From positions 192,418-256,417 of the forward strand of contig JBBDMM010000006.1 of assembly GCA_040878325.1 (NCBI GenBank): a DNA stretch of 64,000 nucleotides, read 5' to 3'. A program made the position numbers and the translations under genes. Within the stretch, counting starts at the first letter, position 1. Every line of letters begins with the position of its first letter. A model generated the notes under the pieces. It saw only the letters and a list, made by a program, of their open reading frames with translations. It had not been told where the DNA came from and did no database searches. This DNA is from Acidimicrobiia bacterium. Lineage in GTDB: Bacteria; Actinomycetota; Acidimicrobiia; Spongiisociales; UBA11373. Below, in pieces: positions 49,402 to 60,396 of this stretch.

Positions 49402-49860
49402 TCAATTCCCGTCGCGCGCACTGATGGTGGGATCGCCGGGAGCAGGGGGGAGTTTGTATTCGATGCTGGACCAGAATCGGCGGGTCGCCGCAAGATTTTC
49501 GTACTCCAACCTCACCTCCGCGGTGCATCCGACCTCGACTCCGAGGCGGAAGCTGGTCGTCTCTTTCTCGGCTGGGTAAATGACATCCACGCTGGTTTCA
49601 CCGCCGCTTGATATGCGAGTCTCATTTGGGAGGCCGACGACGTTGTGCTGTCCGGTGATCCGACCAGGGGCCGGTCCTGAATTGGTGATGAAGACTTGCA
49701 TCACCGCCGTGGTTCCCGACCAGACGATGCTGTTGGCTGTAATCGCTATGTACGGGCGGTAGGAAGCGGTTGCGTTGGATGCGGACCGGCGCGACGCGAG
49801 AGCCGAGACAATGGCCGCCAGGGCCGAGAGACCAGCGAACGAGGCGAGAATCCAATCCAA
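49402..49860 (-). CDS. hypothetical N-terminally anchored protein
   Basis: TM followed by YRPYI and a beta-rich domain. Confidence 0.55.
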   Translation of the reverse strand: MDWILASFAGLSALAAIVSALASRRSASNATASYRPYIAITANSIVWSGTTAVMQVFITNSGPAPGRITGQHNVVGLPNETRISSGGETSVDVIYPAEKETTSFRLGVEVGCTAEVRLEYENLAATRRFWSSIEYKLPPAPGDPTISARDGN

Positions 49861-49952
49861 GAGAAGAAGGATACAGCGAATGACGATCCCGGCATCGGAA
49901 ACGTGAAGGCGGCAGCGGTAGGATTCGCCTACAACGAGACGGAGGACCGTGC

Positions 49953-50204
49953 GTGTTGAAGGGCGTGATGCGAAAGGGCCTCTTCAACCGGTTGCTGGCT
50001 CAGGGTCGGGTCTCTAATCCGATGATCGCGCTAGCCATCGCGGAAGCCGTGTATCCATCACGCCGAGACATGTTCAAGGACACGATAGTTTCGCCCGCTG
50101 TCGCAGGCCAGGTCGTTGAAGGTTTCCTCGATCTTGGGGCTTTCACATTTGAGGAAATGATGACGAGGTTGTGGGGACCTGGCGTGAGTCCTCTGGAGCT
50201 GTAA
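49953..50204 (+). CDS. hypothetical protein
   Basis: 83 aa; GGAGG upstream; TAATG overlap with the next ORF. Confidence 0.45.
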   Translation: MLKGVMRKGLFNRLLAQGRVSNPMIALAIAEAVYPSRRDMFKDTIVSPAVAGQVVEGFLDLGAFTFEEMMTRLWGPGVSPLEL

Positions 50205-50467
50205 TGCGTTTCATGGGTGCCGGCATTCAGTGGTGGATCGGAGTGATCCTGGCGGGCCTGGCGGCTTGGCAGTTCAAGGCACGGGAACTCGACGCGTGGA
50301 TGTGGGTGTCTGTCGCGGTAGCGGTCGTAGGCTTCTGGTCGGCTGGGATCGCCTCGAACTACGCCCTAAGAGGGAACCCGTTGGATGTCCCGAACGGGAC
50401 CACTCGCCTAAACATCGGGAGCGCTCTGGCTGGTGCAGCATTGCTCATCGGAGCCGTCGTCGCCTGA
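50204..50467 (+). CDS. small three-TM membrane protein
   Basis: 87-aa hydrophobic ORF. Confidence 0.55.
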   Translation: MRFMGAGIQWWIGVILAGLAAWQFKARELDAWMWVSVAVAVVGFWSAGIASNYALRGNPLDVPNGTTRLNIGSALAGAALLIGAVVA

Positions 50468-50743
50468 ATCGGTCATCGGGTCCACTTGCCCTTCTTGACT
50501 TGAGTATGCAACGAAACTCGTCACGGCGTTGTCGTGGGTTTGGTGCCCCGGTTCGCCCCTCGGGTGACCGCGTTCGGAGGTTAGGGAGGAACGGAGGCGG
50601 TGGCCGAGGCTTCTTGAATGACAACTGTGTGTTTCTAGGTTTGGGTGGGGGCTATGCTTCGCGGGCCGGTATGTGATGTCCGCGGCAAAGACCGCCAATG
50701 TTGAGACCGCCGGTTTCCCAGGTGTCTTCGTGGGGGCGGTCTT

Positions 50744-51466
50744 ATGGCAGCCGGTTGGTTCCTATCTTTGTATCCCGATGCTGGTGAGGCTGGCGGGTCG
50801 TTCCGCGGGCTGAACAGACGCCGCCCCGGGTCCGGTGGCGGGTGGGCCACGGAGCCGGATGAGGGTCGGGCGGTGGAGGAAGCGGCTCGTCGGGCGCGGG
50901 GGAAGGTCCGCCGCTATTGCGCGGCGAATGGTCTGAATCGGTTTGGGACGCTGACCTATGCGGGTGAGGGTGAGCATGACCCCCGGGCGGTGCGGGCCGA
51001 TATCTCCCGGTTCTTTCGTTCGCTCCGTCGTGGTCTCGATGAGGCGTTTCCGTATCTGTGGGTGCCGGAGTTGCACAAGTCGGGGCATGGCTGGCATGTG
51101 CATTTCGCGGTAGGACGGTTCGTTGCCCGCGGTCTGATCGAGTCCTCGTGGGGCCGGGGGTTCGTCTTCATCAAGTTGATCCAAGGTGTCCCGGTGGGGT
51201 CGGGGGTGCGGGGCGAGGCCCGGGTGGCGGCCCGGTATCTGTCGAAGTATCTGGGCAAGGAGATGGGGTCGGGGGCGGGTGGCCTGAATAGGTATGACGT
51301 GGCGCAGGGGTTCCAACCCCAGGTTGAGCAGATTTGGGCGCCGACAGTGGAGGAGGCGATCGGGGCGGCGTCGGATCGGATGGGTGGGCCACCGGACTAC
51401 ATCTGGCGGTCGGAGGGCACCGAGGGGTGGCGGGGCCCTTCGGCGGTGTGGTTGCAATGGCGCTGA
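50744..51466 (+). CDS. HUH-superfamily rolling-circle replication initiator (Rep)
   Basis: Motif I GTLTY, motif II WHVHFAV, motif III YLSKYLGK. Confidence 0.85.
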   Translation: MAAGWFLSLYPDAGEAGGSFRGLNRRRPGSGGGWATEPDEGRAVEEAARRARGKVRRYCAANGLNRFGTLTYAGEGEHDPRAVRADISRFFRSLRRGLDEAFPYLWVPELHKSGHGWHVHFAVGRFVARGLIESSWGRGFVFIKLIQGVPVGSGVRGEARVAARYLSKYLGKEMGSGAGGLNRYDVAQGFQPQVEQIWAPTVEEAIGAASDRMGGPPDYIWRSEGTEGWRGPSAVWLQWR

Positions 51467-51592
51467 GCCACGATCCCGAGGTGGTGGCTTGGGTGGTTGA
51501 GTCCACGGCGGCTCAGGGTGTTCCGGTGAGGGTGGAGGAGCCGGCGGCGGTGGAGCGGGTGGTGACGTTGCTGGGGGAGGGCCGGGAGCCTG

Positions 51593-53031
<1,439 letters not shown>

Positions 53032-53100
53032 CAGGGCACATTAACGCACCGTCCCCTCGGCCACGGCGATCACATCAGGGTGGAGTTGCTCGATAATCGG

Positions 53101-53190
53101 CGGAGAGGGAGGGATTTGAACCCTCGAAGGGGTTTAACACCCCTTACTCGCTTAGCAGGCGAGCGCCTTCGACCACTCGGCCACCTCTCC
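53101..53190 (-). tRNA. tRNA-Ser(GCT)
   Basis: CTCGC-CT-GCT-AA-GCGAG, long variable arm. Confidence 0.95.
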
Positions 53191-53232
53191 ATGCTCGGGA
53201 AGTCCCGAGCCGTGACATTGTGACACCTCGCG

Positions 53233-53319
53233 CGGAGGGGGTGGGATTCGAACCCACGGAGCCCCGGAGGGCTCAGCAGTTTTCAAGACTGCCGCCTTCG
53301 TCCGCTCGGCCACCCCTCC
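53233..53319 (-). tRNA. tRNA-Ser(TGA)
   Basis: GCAGT-CT-TGA-AA-ACTGC, long variable arm. Confidence 0.93.
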
Positions 53320-53387
53320 AGATCAGCTCCGGCTCCGGCCCCAGCCCCTGCCAGAGGGAACAAGGACCAGCCGTGCGAACCAATGAG

Positions 53388-53476
53388 CGGAGGGGGTGGG
53401 ATTTGAACCCACGGGACCGGAAACCCGGCCCAACAGTTTTCGAGACTGCCGCCTTCGTCCGCTCGGCCACCCCTCC
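53388..53476 (-). tRNA. tRNA-Ser(CGA)
   Basis: GCAGT-CT-CGA-AA-ACTGT, long variable arm. Confidence 0.93.
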
Positions 53477-53497
53477 AGATCAGCTCCGGCTCCGGCC

Positions 53498-53597
53498 NNN
53501 NNNNNNNNNNNNNNNNNNNNNNNNNNNNNNNNNNNNNNNNNNNNNNNNNNNNNNNNNNNNNNNNNNNNNNNNNNNNNNNNNNNNNNNNNNNNNNNNN
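53498..53597. other. assembly gap (100 N)
   Basis: Run of N. Confidence 1.
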
Positions 53598-53685
53598 CCA
53601 GCCCCTGCCAGAGGGAACAAGGACCAGCCGTGCGACTCCAACTGTCGGTTGCAATTGTGGCATCTACCGAGGGGGTAATCGCCAC

Positions 53686-54144
53686 TCACCGTCGTGAACT
53701 GAAGAACTCCTCCAGGAGTGCCGCCGAATCCTCGCCCAGGACGCCGGCGACGAGTTCGACCCGGTGATTGAGGCGGGCGTCCTGGGGGATGTTGTACAGG
53801 CTCCAGGCACCGCCGGCCCGCAGGTCGGCTGCCCCGTAGACGATCCGCTCCACCCGCGCCCACACCGCCGCCATGGCGCACATCGGGCAGGGTTCGAGGG
53901 TCACCACCAGCGTGTGCCCGGTGAGTCGCCAGTCGCCGGCGGCCCGCGACGCCGCCGAAAGAACCAGCATCTCGGCGTGGGCGGAGGCATCACCCAACTC
54001 CTCCCGACGATTGTGATCGGCAGCCACCACCGCCCCGGAGCCTTCGAGCAGCACCGCCCCGATGGGGACATCTCCGTGCTGTAAAGCGAGCCGCGCTTCC
54101 CCGAGTGCATGGCGCATGGGGGTGGAATAGTTGGGCAGTGTCAT
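53686..54144 (-). CDS. tadA: tRNA adenosine(34) deaminase
   Basis: DVPIGAV, AHAEM, TLEPCPMCA. Confidence 0.9.
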   Translation of the reverse strand: MTLPNYSTPMRHALGEARLALQHGDVPIGAVLLEGSGAVVAADHNRREELGDASAHAEMLVLSAASRAAGDWRLTGHTLVVTLEPCPMCAMAAVWARVERIVYGAADLRAGGAWSLYNIPQDARLNHRVELVAGVLGEDSAALLEEFFSSRR

Positions 54145-54390
54145 TGCCCAGGCTCCAAGGAGAGGGTCTCCTCTGAGCGCCCCCTCCGTCTCGGCCTGCG
54201 GCCGATCCACCTCCCCCTTCGGGGGAGGACGCGGAGGGAGAGGGATTTGAACCCTTCTCCGCGGTGTCGAGAGGGTCGGGGATCCTCGTTCGCCAGGTCC
54301 ATGCGGAGCCGGGGAGTGTAGGAGGCGACGCGAGAAGGGGCCGGTTTCGCCGCCGGTAAGGCGGCGAAGACCGGGGAGCGGTGGTTTTCG

Positions 54391-54481
54391 CGGAGGGAGA
54401 GGGATTTGAACCCTCGTGGCGGCTTTCGCCGCCAACACGCTTTCCAGGCGTGCGCACTCGGCCGGACTATGCGATCCCTCC
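54391..54481 (-). tRNA. tRNA-Ser(GGA)
   Basis: CACGC-CT-GGA-AA-GCGTG, long variable arm. Confidence 0.95.
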
Positions 54482-54512
54482 TGGTGGCCTGGGAGTGTAG
54501 GTCGGCCCCGGG

Positions 54513-56180
54513 TCAGGCCCCGATCCACTCTCCGACGAGGTCAGCGAGAAGGTCGAGGGGAACGGGACCGTTCTCCAGCACCGTGTCGTGATAGTCCTTG
54601 ATGTCGAACCGACTGCCCATCGCCTGCTTCGCGTGTTCCCGGAGGCGGAACAACTCGCGCTGGCCGACCTTGTATGCCAGCGCCTGCCCGACGTACCCGA
54701 TGTACCGATCCACCTCGTTGACGATGTTGTTGGGCGCTTGGGGGGAGTTCTTCATGAAGTAGTCGATCGCCTGCTGGCGGCTCCACCCAAGGGCGTGGAG
54801 TCCGGTGTCTGCCACCAAGCGCCCCGCCCGCCAGGAATCGAACGACAGGATGCCCATCCGCTCCAGGTCACCCGAGTACAGGCCCATCTCGTCGGAGAGC
54901 CGCTCGGTATACAGACCCCAGCCCTCGGTGTAGACGGTCACGTTGCCGTTGCGCCGGAAGGTGGGCACCCCTTCGAGTTCCTGGGCGATGGCGATCTGGA
55001 GGTGGTGTCCGGGGATGCTCTCGTGGAATGCGAGCGCCTCGGACTCGAACCGGGTGCGCGTCGTCGGCTCGGTGAGATTGATGAAGAAGATCCCCGGGCG
55101 GCTCTGGTCGTCGGCGGGAGGGAAGTAGTACGCCAGCGTGGCGTCGGCCGCCCCGATGTCGGGGATCGGCTGCACCATGCATGGCGCTTCGGGCAGGCGG
55201 CCGAACCACTGAGGGATTGCTTCGCGGGCGCGGGCCAGGGCGTCTTCGGCGGCCTGGTGCACCTGGTCCGCCGTTTTGAAACGGAGGGCGGGGTCGCTAC
55301 GCAGTCGGTCATAGATGGTCGGTACGTCGGTGGTGCCGAGGACGGGACCGCCGAGCGCCCGATACTCGTCCTCGAGTGAGGCGACCTCGTCCAATCCGAT
55401 CTGGTGCAGGTCGCGCGGGTCGAGTTCGAGAGTGGTGTAGCGCTTGACGGCCCGTCGATAGATCTCTTCGCCGTCGGGCAGCCAGCAAACGCCCGACTTC
55501 TCCGGCGGCCGGCCGTGGGGGAGGATGTCGGCGGCGATGCCATCGCGGTATCGGGCGAAGGCGGGTCTGACCACCTCGCGCACCTGTTCGATCATCTCGA
55601 CGCGCCAGTCGTCGGCGTCCATCTCTTCGGGGAGGGAGATCTGCATGAAGGCATCGGCGGTGAGCGGCGACTCCAGGTACGCGTCGATCTGCTTCAGCAC
55701 CTTCTCGATCGCCACCTGCGGTGGGGTCCGTCCGTTGGCTACACCCTCGCGGTGCCGCTGCAGGGCCTGGTCGAATAGGAGGCCGGTCTTCGATGCCTTC
55801 CCCAGGAAGGCATTCGCCTGCTCGGCGTTGTTGGCCCGAAGTTGCGACACGCCCTGGATCACATCCATATGGACTCCGAGCATCGGGTCGACCATGAACT
55901 CGGGCATCCGGGAACGCAGTCCGTCGGCCTGGGAGGCCGCTTCCGACAGCAGGACGTGCCGGGTGATCCGATCGTTCTTGTCGAGCCCGGTTGGGTCGAC
56001 CGCCTTGGCCTGAATGACGATCGAGTCGAGATCGGCGGTGAGCGCCTCCTCGGCGCCGCGGGAGAGGTTCTCCACCTGGTCGTCGAAGCGATGATCGCCG
56101 AGCAGCGAGGCCCACAGGGGGCTGGCCTCCATGACCCGATCCCAGTAGCGGTCGGCCAGTTGCGAGAGCTGCTCGTTCAT
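54513..56180 (-). CDS. DUF885 family protein
   Basis: FHESIPGHHLQ, YTEGWGLYTE, EVDRY...GQALAYKVG. Confidence 0.9.
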   Translation of the reverse strand: MNEQLSQLADRYWDRVMEASPLWASLLGDHRFDDQVENLSRGAEEALTADLDSIVIQAKAVDPTGLDKNDRITRHVLLSEAASQADGLRSRMPEFMVDPMLGVHMDVIQGVSQLRANNAEQANAFLGKASKTGLLFDQALQRHREGVANGRTPPQVAIEKVLKQIDAYLESPLTADAFMQISLPEEMDADDWRVEMIEQVREVVRPAFARYRDGIAADILPHGRPPEKSGVCWLPDGEEIYRRAVKRYTTLELDPRDLHQIGLDEVASLEDEYRALGGPVLGTTDVPTIYDRLRSDPALRFKTADQVHQAAEDALARAREAIPQWFGRLPEAPCMVQPIPDIGAADATLAYYFPPADDQSRPGIFFINLTEPTTRTRFESEALAFHESIPGHHLQIAIAQELEGVPTFRRNGNVTVYTEGWGLYTERLSDEMGLYSGDLERMGILSFDSWRAGRLVADTGLHALGWSRQQAIDYFMKNSPQAPNNIVNEVDRYIGYVGQALAYKVGQRELFRLREHAKQAMGSRFDIKDYHDTVLENGPVPLDLLADLVGEWIGA

Positions 56181-56425
56181 GCTTCCCCGTTCGTAGGCCC
56201 GCCGAACGATAGGGGGGTGAAGACGAGCCACTGCCGCCGGACCCGGGGATTCCGCCGGACCGGCCAGCGGCCAGCACGCCAGACCCTTCGCCCTCCCGTC
56301 ACTGGCTGGGCCGTGGCGTGATGGAGAATCTCATCGGGGGGATTTCTTGGAAACGACTGCCAAACGGCTAACGATGTCCGCCAAAAATGCCGATCTACTT
56401 GGGGTAGTAGTCCTCTAGCTAGAAG

Positions 56426-57463
56426 GTGCTCATCACGCGAGTTTTCAACGGCTCTACGAGAGTCAACCGAGACAGGCCCAAGGTCGGGCTGGTCGCGGTC
56501 GCAGCAATGACGATTGCCCTGCTCATGGTCCCCTTCATGGCGTGGGCGGCGGAGCCCGTCGGCCTTGGCGTAGCGAACAGCTTCGCCGTTCTCGCCGGCA
56601 CCACCATCACCAACACCGGGGGCACGACCATCAACGGTGATGTCGGCCTCCATGATGGAACCGAGACTCCCGGATTCGACGAGGTCACGTTGAACGGCGA
56701 ACTCTTTGTGGCCGACGACGAAGCTTTGGCAGCGAAGAACGCGCTCACCTCGGCCTACCTCGACGCCGCGGGACGGACACCTGACAATGCCACCCTCGGT
56801 TCGGAACTCGGTGCAACCACGGTCTTCGGCGGGGTGTACGCGTCCGGCAGCGGAGCATTCGAGATCAATGGGGCCGTGACGCTCGACGCGCAAGGTGACC
56901 CAGACACCGTGTGGATATTCCAGATGGCCTCGTCGCTCACGACAGGCGCGGGCAGTTCGGTGGTTCTCACCAATGGTGCTCAGGCGTGCAACGTCTACTG
57001 GCAGGTCGGGAGCTCGGCAGATCTGTTCTCCAACACGACCTTCCGCGGGACCATCCTTGCTCTCACCTCCATCAACCTGCAGAACGGTGTGTCGATCTCA
57101 GGAAGGGCGCTGGCGCGTAACGGCGCGGTGACGATGGACACCAACACGATCACCCAGGTTGGCTGTGCTGCTCCTGTTGAAGCCACTACTACGACGACGA
57201 CGGTGGCCGCCACCACGACGACCACCGCGGCTCCGGCCGCCACGACCAGCACCACCGTGGCACCTGTGACGACCTCGACTACGTCGGGCATCGATGTGTT
57301 GGTGACTCCGACGATCCCGTTCCCAGAAGGCGGGGCGCAGACGGGTGGGAGCCCGACATCGGGCACCCCGGACATGACGCTCGTTGTGGTCGGAGCCGTA
57401 TTGCTCGCCTCCGCGGCCGGCGTATTCGGCTGGCGCATGCACTCGATCCGACGCAACTCGTAG
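56426..57463 (+). CDS. DUF3494 ice-binding-like protein with Thr-rich stalk and sorting signal
   Basis: FAVLAGTTITNTG, TLDAQGDPDTVWIFQ, CNVYWQVGSSA, GRALARNGAVTMD; C-terminal PEGGAQTGG + TM + RR. Confidence 0.9.
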   Translation: MLITRVFNGSTRVNRDRPKVGLVAVAAMTIALLMVPFMAWAAEPVGLGVANSFAVLAGTTITNTGGTTINGDVGLHDGTETPGFDEVTLNGELFVADDEALAAKNALTSAYLDAAGRTPDNATLGSELGATTVFGGVYASGSGAFEINGAVTLDAQGDPDTVWIFQMASSLTTGAGSSVVLTNGAQACNVYWQVGSSADLFSNTTFRGTILALTSINLQNGVSISGRALARNGAVTMDTNTITQVGCAAPVEATTTTTTVAATTTTTAAPAATTSTTVAPVTTSTTSGIDVLVTPTIPFPEGGAQTGGSPTSGTPDMTLVVVGAVLLASAAGVFGWRMHSIRRNS

Positions 57464-57475
57464 ACCGAGCCTCAG

Positions 57476-58219
57476 TTGAAGTCCACCTCGATCGGCTCCA
57501 GCCGCCGCCAGACCTTCATGGCGGCGGCTGCTGCCGTGATGGCTGTGACCGGGGTGATCGCGATCGTGTTGGCGATGCAGACCTCGGAGCACCAGGCCCC
57601 ACAACCTCCGGATGACGCGTTCGGAGTCGTCGGGTCGTGGCGGGAGGTCCCGGCGCAGGTTGGGGCGGTCACGACCCCCGATCCGACTTCGGTCACCAGC
57701 ACCCCGGTCGTCGCTGAGCCCTATGAGATCCCGTCGTCGCCACCGATCGCTATCGAGATTCCGGCGATCGAGGCCCACTCCACCCTTCAATACCTCGGCT
57801 TGACTCCCGACGGCGCCCTCGAGGTCCCGAAGTCACCGCGGTACCACGAGGCCGCTTGGTACAAGTATTCGTCGGAGCCGGGTTCGCCCGGCCCGGCGGT
57901 GATCCTGGGCCACGTCGACTCGGTCTCGGACGGCCGCTCGATCTTCTACCACCTGGGCGCCGTGCGTCCGGGCGACGAGATCCTCATCACTCGAAGCGAC
58001 GGGCTGATAGCGGTCTTCGTCGTCGATGGTGTCCGCAGCTACCCGAAGGACCACTTCCCGACCTTCCTCGTCTACGGCCCCACCGAAGGATCGACGCTGC
58101 GGGTGATCACCTGTGGCGGCCGGTGGGACCGCTACGCGAACAGTTTCGAGGAGAACATCGTGGTGTTCGCCTCATTGACCGGCTTTCGGGAGACCCCGCT
58201 CCACTCCATCGTCAGCTGA
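57476..58219 (+). CDS. class F sortase
   Basis: AVILGHVD, LRVITCGG, NIVVFA. Confidence 0.9.
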   Translation: MKSTSIGSSRRQTFMAAAAAVMAVTGVIAIVLAMQTSEHQAPQPPDDAFGVVGSWREVPAQVGAVTTPDPTSVTSTPVVAEPYEIPSSPPIAIEIPAIEAHSTLQYLGLTPDGALEVPKSPRYHEAAWYKYSSEPGSPGPAVILGHVDSVSDGRSIFYHLGAVRPGDEILITRSDGLIAVFVVDGVRSYPKDHFPTFLVYGPTEGSTLRVITCGGRWDRYANSFEENIVVFASLTGFRETPLHSIVS

Positions 58220-58247
58220 GGGGCGGCTTCCACTCACCCCGAACTGG

Positions 58248-58580
58248 TCATTGAGCGTCGGTCGGCAGATCATCCGGAAACAGCGGCCGCGGCCGCCCCC
58301 GGTGCCACCGGTCGGTCGTTTCGCTGTCGCACGCCGGACAAAGGTGAACCGTTCGGATTCCCACGATCGACAGTTGGGTGCCGCGCGATTTCTCGACGAT
58401 CGCCAGAGGCACCGGCTGGAGGTCTCCGCCTCCGCACCGCGAGCAGCGGGGATCGGTCGAACGCTCCCAGGTGATCCCGCAAGTACCCCAGGTGACGGCG
58501 ATCGAATCCCCCAAAGGCACACCCTTCAGGTCACTCGTCTCGCCGCATGACGGACATTCGATGTCGATAGCCAAGGGCAC
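58248..58580 (-). CDS. small multi-CxxC zinc-binding protein
   Basis: CPSC, CSRC and CPAC motifs; start uncertain. Confidence 0.65.
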   Translation of the reverse strand: MPLAIDIECPSCGETSDLKGVPLGDSIAVTWGTCGITWERSTDPRCSRCGGGDLQPVPLAIVEKSRGTQLSIVGIRTVHLCPACDSETTDRWHRGRPRPLFPDDLPTDAQ

Positions 58581-58685
58581 CCCGCGCTTGGGCCACTGAG
58601 ACTGCCGGTAACCGTAGCCCGCCACTGATCGGTGATCCGTCTCGATCGGGTTACACGGGCAACGGTGGTGGCGGGCAACCGCTCC

Positions 58686-60257
58686 TCAGAGCCCAATGAT
58701 CGAGTCGAGCACGATGTCCGGATGGTCGCGTCGGGTCACGTTGAGCATATTTTCGCTCGGGAAGAGAGCCAGGAGCGTGCCGTCACGCCTCTCAGCGACC
58801 TCGACCCCCCTCTGGGCCGAGGCCGCCGCCCGTCCCGCTTCATTGGTGCGGCGAGCCAGCCGGTAGGGCACGGGGTCCAACCTCACCTTCGCTCCGAACT
58901 CTGCCTCCAAGCGAAACACCGCCACCTCGAACTGCATCTCGCCCACCGCGCCGAGTATCGGTTCTCGTTCCCCGCGGTCCCGGGTGTGCAGCGCCTGGAT
59001 CACTCCCTCATCGTCGAGTTGGGCGATTCCCCGACGGAACTGCTTGTAGCGGGAAGTGTCGAGGTTGCGGGCGAGCCGGAAATGCTCGGGGGCGAAGGTG
59101 GGCAAGGTCCTGAATTGCGCCTTTCCGTCGATGCTGAGACTGTCGCCGATCGTGAGGTCGGAGGCGTTTACCAGTCCGACGATGTCACCGGGATATGCGA
59201 TGTCCACGGTGTCGCGCTCGCGGCCGAACATCTGATGGGCGTACTTGGTGGTCGTGCTGCGACCGGTTCGATGATTGATGAGCGCGCCGCCTCGTTCAAA
59301 GCGTCCCGAGCACACCCTCATGAATGCAATGCGATCTCGATGGCGCGTGTCGAGGTTCGCCTGGATCTTGAAGATGAATCCGGCAAGGGGGGCGTCGAGC
59401 GAGCGGGCGCGTCCGTCTCGCTCGATCTGAGGCGTCGGTGTCGGGGCCATTTCCGCAATGGCATCGAGCAGCAGGCGCACGCCAAAGTTCCACAGGGCGG
59501 ATCCGAAGAACACGGGCGTCGAAACACCGCTGAGGAATCTCTCCCGGTCGTGGTCCGCGCCGACTCCGGCGAGTACCGCCAACTCCTGCTCGGCCTCGTG
59601 CCGGTGCGGCGATCCAGCGATCGCCTCGAGGGTGGTTTGCTCCTCGGCGCCGATGTGAGCACCGCGGGCAGTGCGCTCGAACTGCCAGAACGAACCGTCA
59701 CGGCGGTCGACCACGCCCTCGAAATCGGTGCCGTTGCCGACCGGCCAAGTCACCGGCGTCGCCGCCATCCGCAGCTGTCTCTCGATGTCGTCGATCAACT
59801 CGAGAGGAGCCATCCCAAATCGATCGACCTTGTTGATGAAGGTGATCAGCGGAATTCCCCTCGCTTGAGCCACCTGGAACAGCTTCAGGGTCTGGGACTC
59901 GACGCCTTTGGCGGCGTCGAGGACAATCACCGCTGCGTCAACGGCGGAGACCACCCGATAGGTGTCCTCCGAGAAGTCCCGGTGGCCGGGGGTGTCGAGG
60001 AGGTTGAACAGCACCCCGTCGTGCTCGAATCGCAACACGGTGGAGCTGATCGAGATACCTCGCTGCCTCTCGAGTTCCATCCAATCGGACGAGACATCAC
60101 GTTGGACCCCGGCGCGTGCTCGAACCGCGCCCGCCTCCACGATCGCCCCGGAGTAGAGGAGCAGTTTCTCGGTCAGCGTGGTCTTGCCGGCGTCGGGGTG
60201 GGAGATGATGGCGAAGGTGCGCCGCCGCGCCGCTTCGGAAGCGATGGCGTCGGTCAT
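58686..60257 (-). CDS. prfC: peptide chain release factor 3
   Basis: RRTFAIISHPDAGKTTLTEKLLL, DTPGHRDFSEDTYR. Confidence 0.96.
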   Translation of the reverse strand: MTDAIASEAARRRTFAIISHPDAGKTTLTEKLLLYSGAIVEAGAVRARAGVQRDVSSDWMELERQRGISISSTVLRFEHDGVLFNLLDTPGHRDFSEDTYRVVSAVDAAVIVLDAAKGVESQTLKLFQVAQARGIPLITFINKVDRFGMAPLELIDDIERQLRMAATPVTWPVGNGTDFEGVVDRRDGSFWQFERTARGAHIGAEEQTTLEAIAGSPHRHEAEQELAVLAGVGADHDRERFLSGVSTPVFFGSALWNFGVRLLLDAIAEMAPTPTPQIERDGRARSLDAPLAGFIFKIQANLDTRHRDRIAFMRVCSGRFERGGALINHRTGRSTTTKYAHQMFGRERDTVDIAYPGDIVGLVNASDLTIGDSLSIDGKAQFRTLPTFAPEHFRLARNLDTSRYKQFRRGIAQLDDEGVIQALHTRDRGEREPILGAVGEMQFEVAVFRLEAEFGAKVRLDPVPYRLARRTNEAGRAAASAQRGVEVAERRDGTLLALFPSENMLNVTRRDHPDIVLDSIIGL

Positions 60258-60396
60258 GGCCGCCGTCCGATGGGGCAGTGACACACGACGGGGGAGGGGT
60301 GGGGAAGCGCGATGATCTCGGTCCTGTCTCGAGCGGACCGCTTGGCGGCCGTCAGCCGAATCTACTGCGGTCCGATGGGTTGCCGAACTCGGCCCC

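Noticed and set aside
53233..53319. Possible selenocysteine or suppressor tRNA
   Set aside because: The anticodon is TGA (reads UCA, Ser), not TCA; normal Ser-type fold.
53177..53469. CTCGGCCA in tRNA-Ser 5' ends matching the repeat's left arm
   Set aside because: It is part of the standard tRNA-Ser acceptor/D-arm sequence and only 8 GC-rich bases; insufficient to call an attB.
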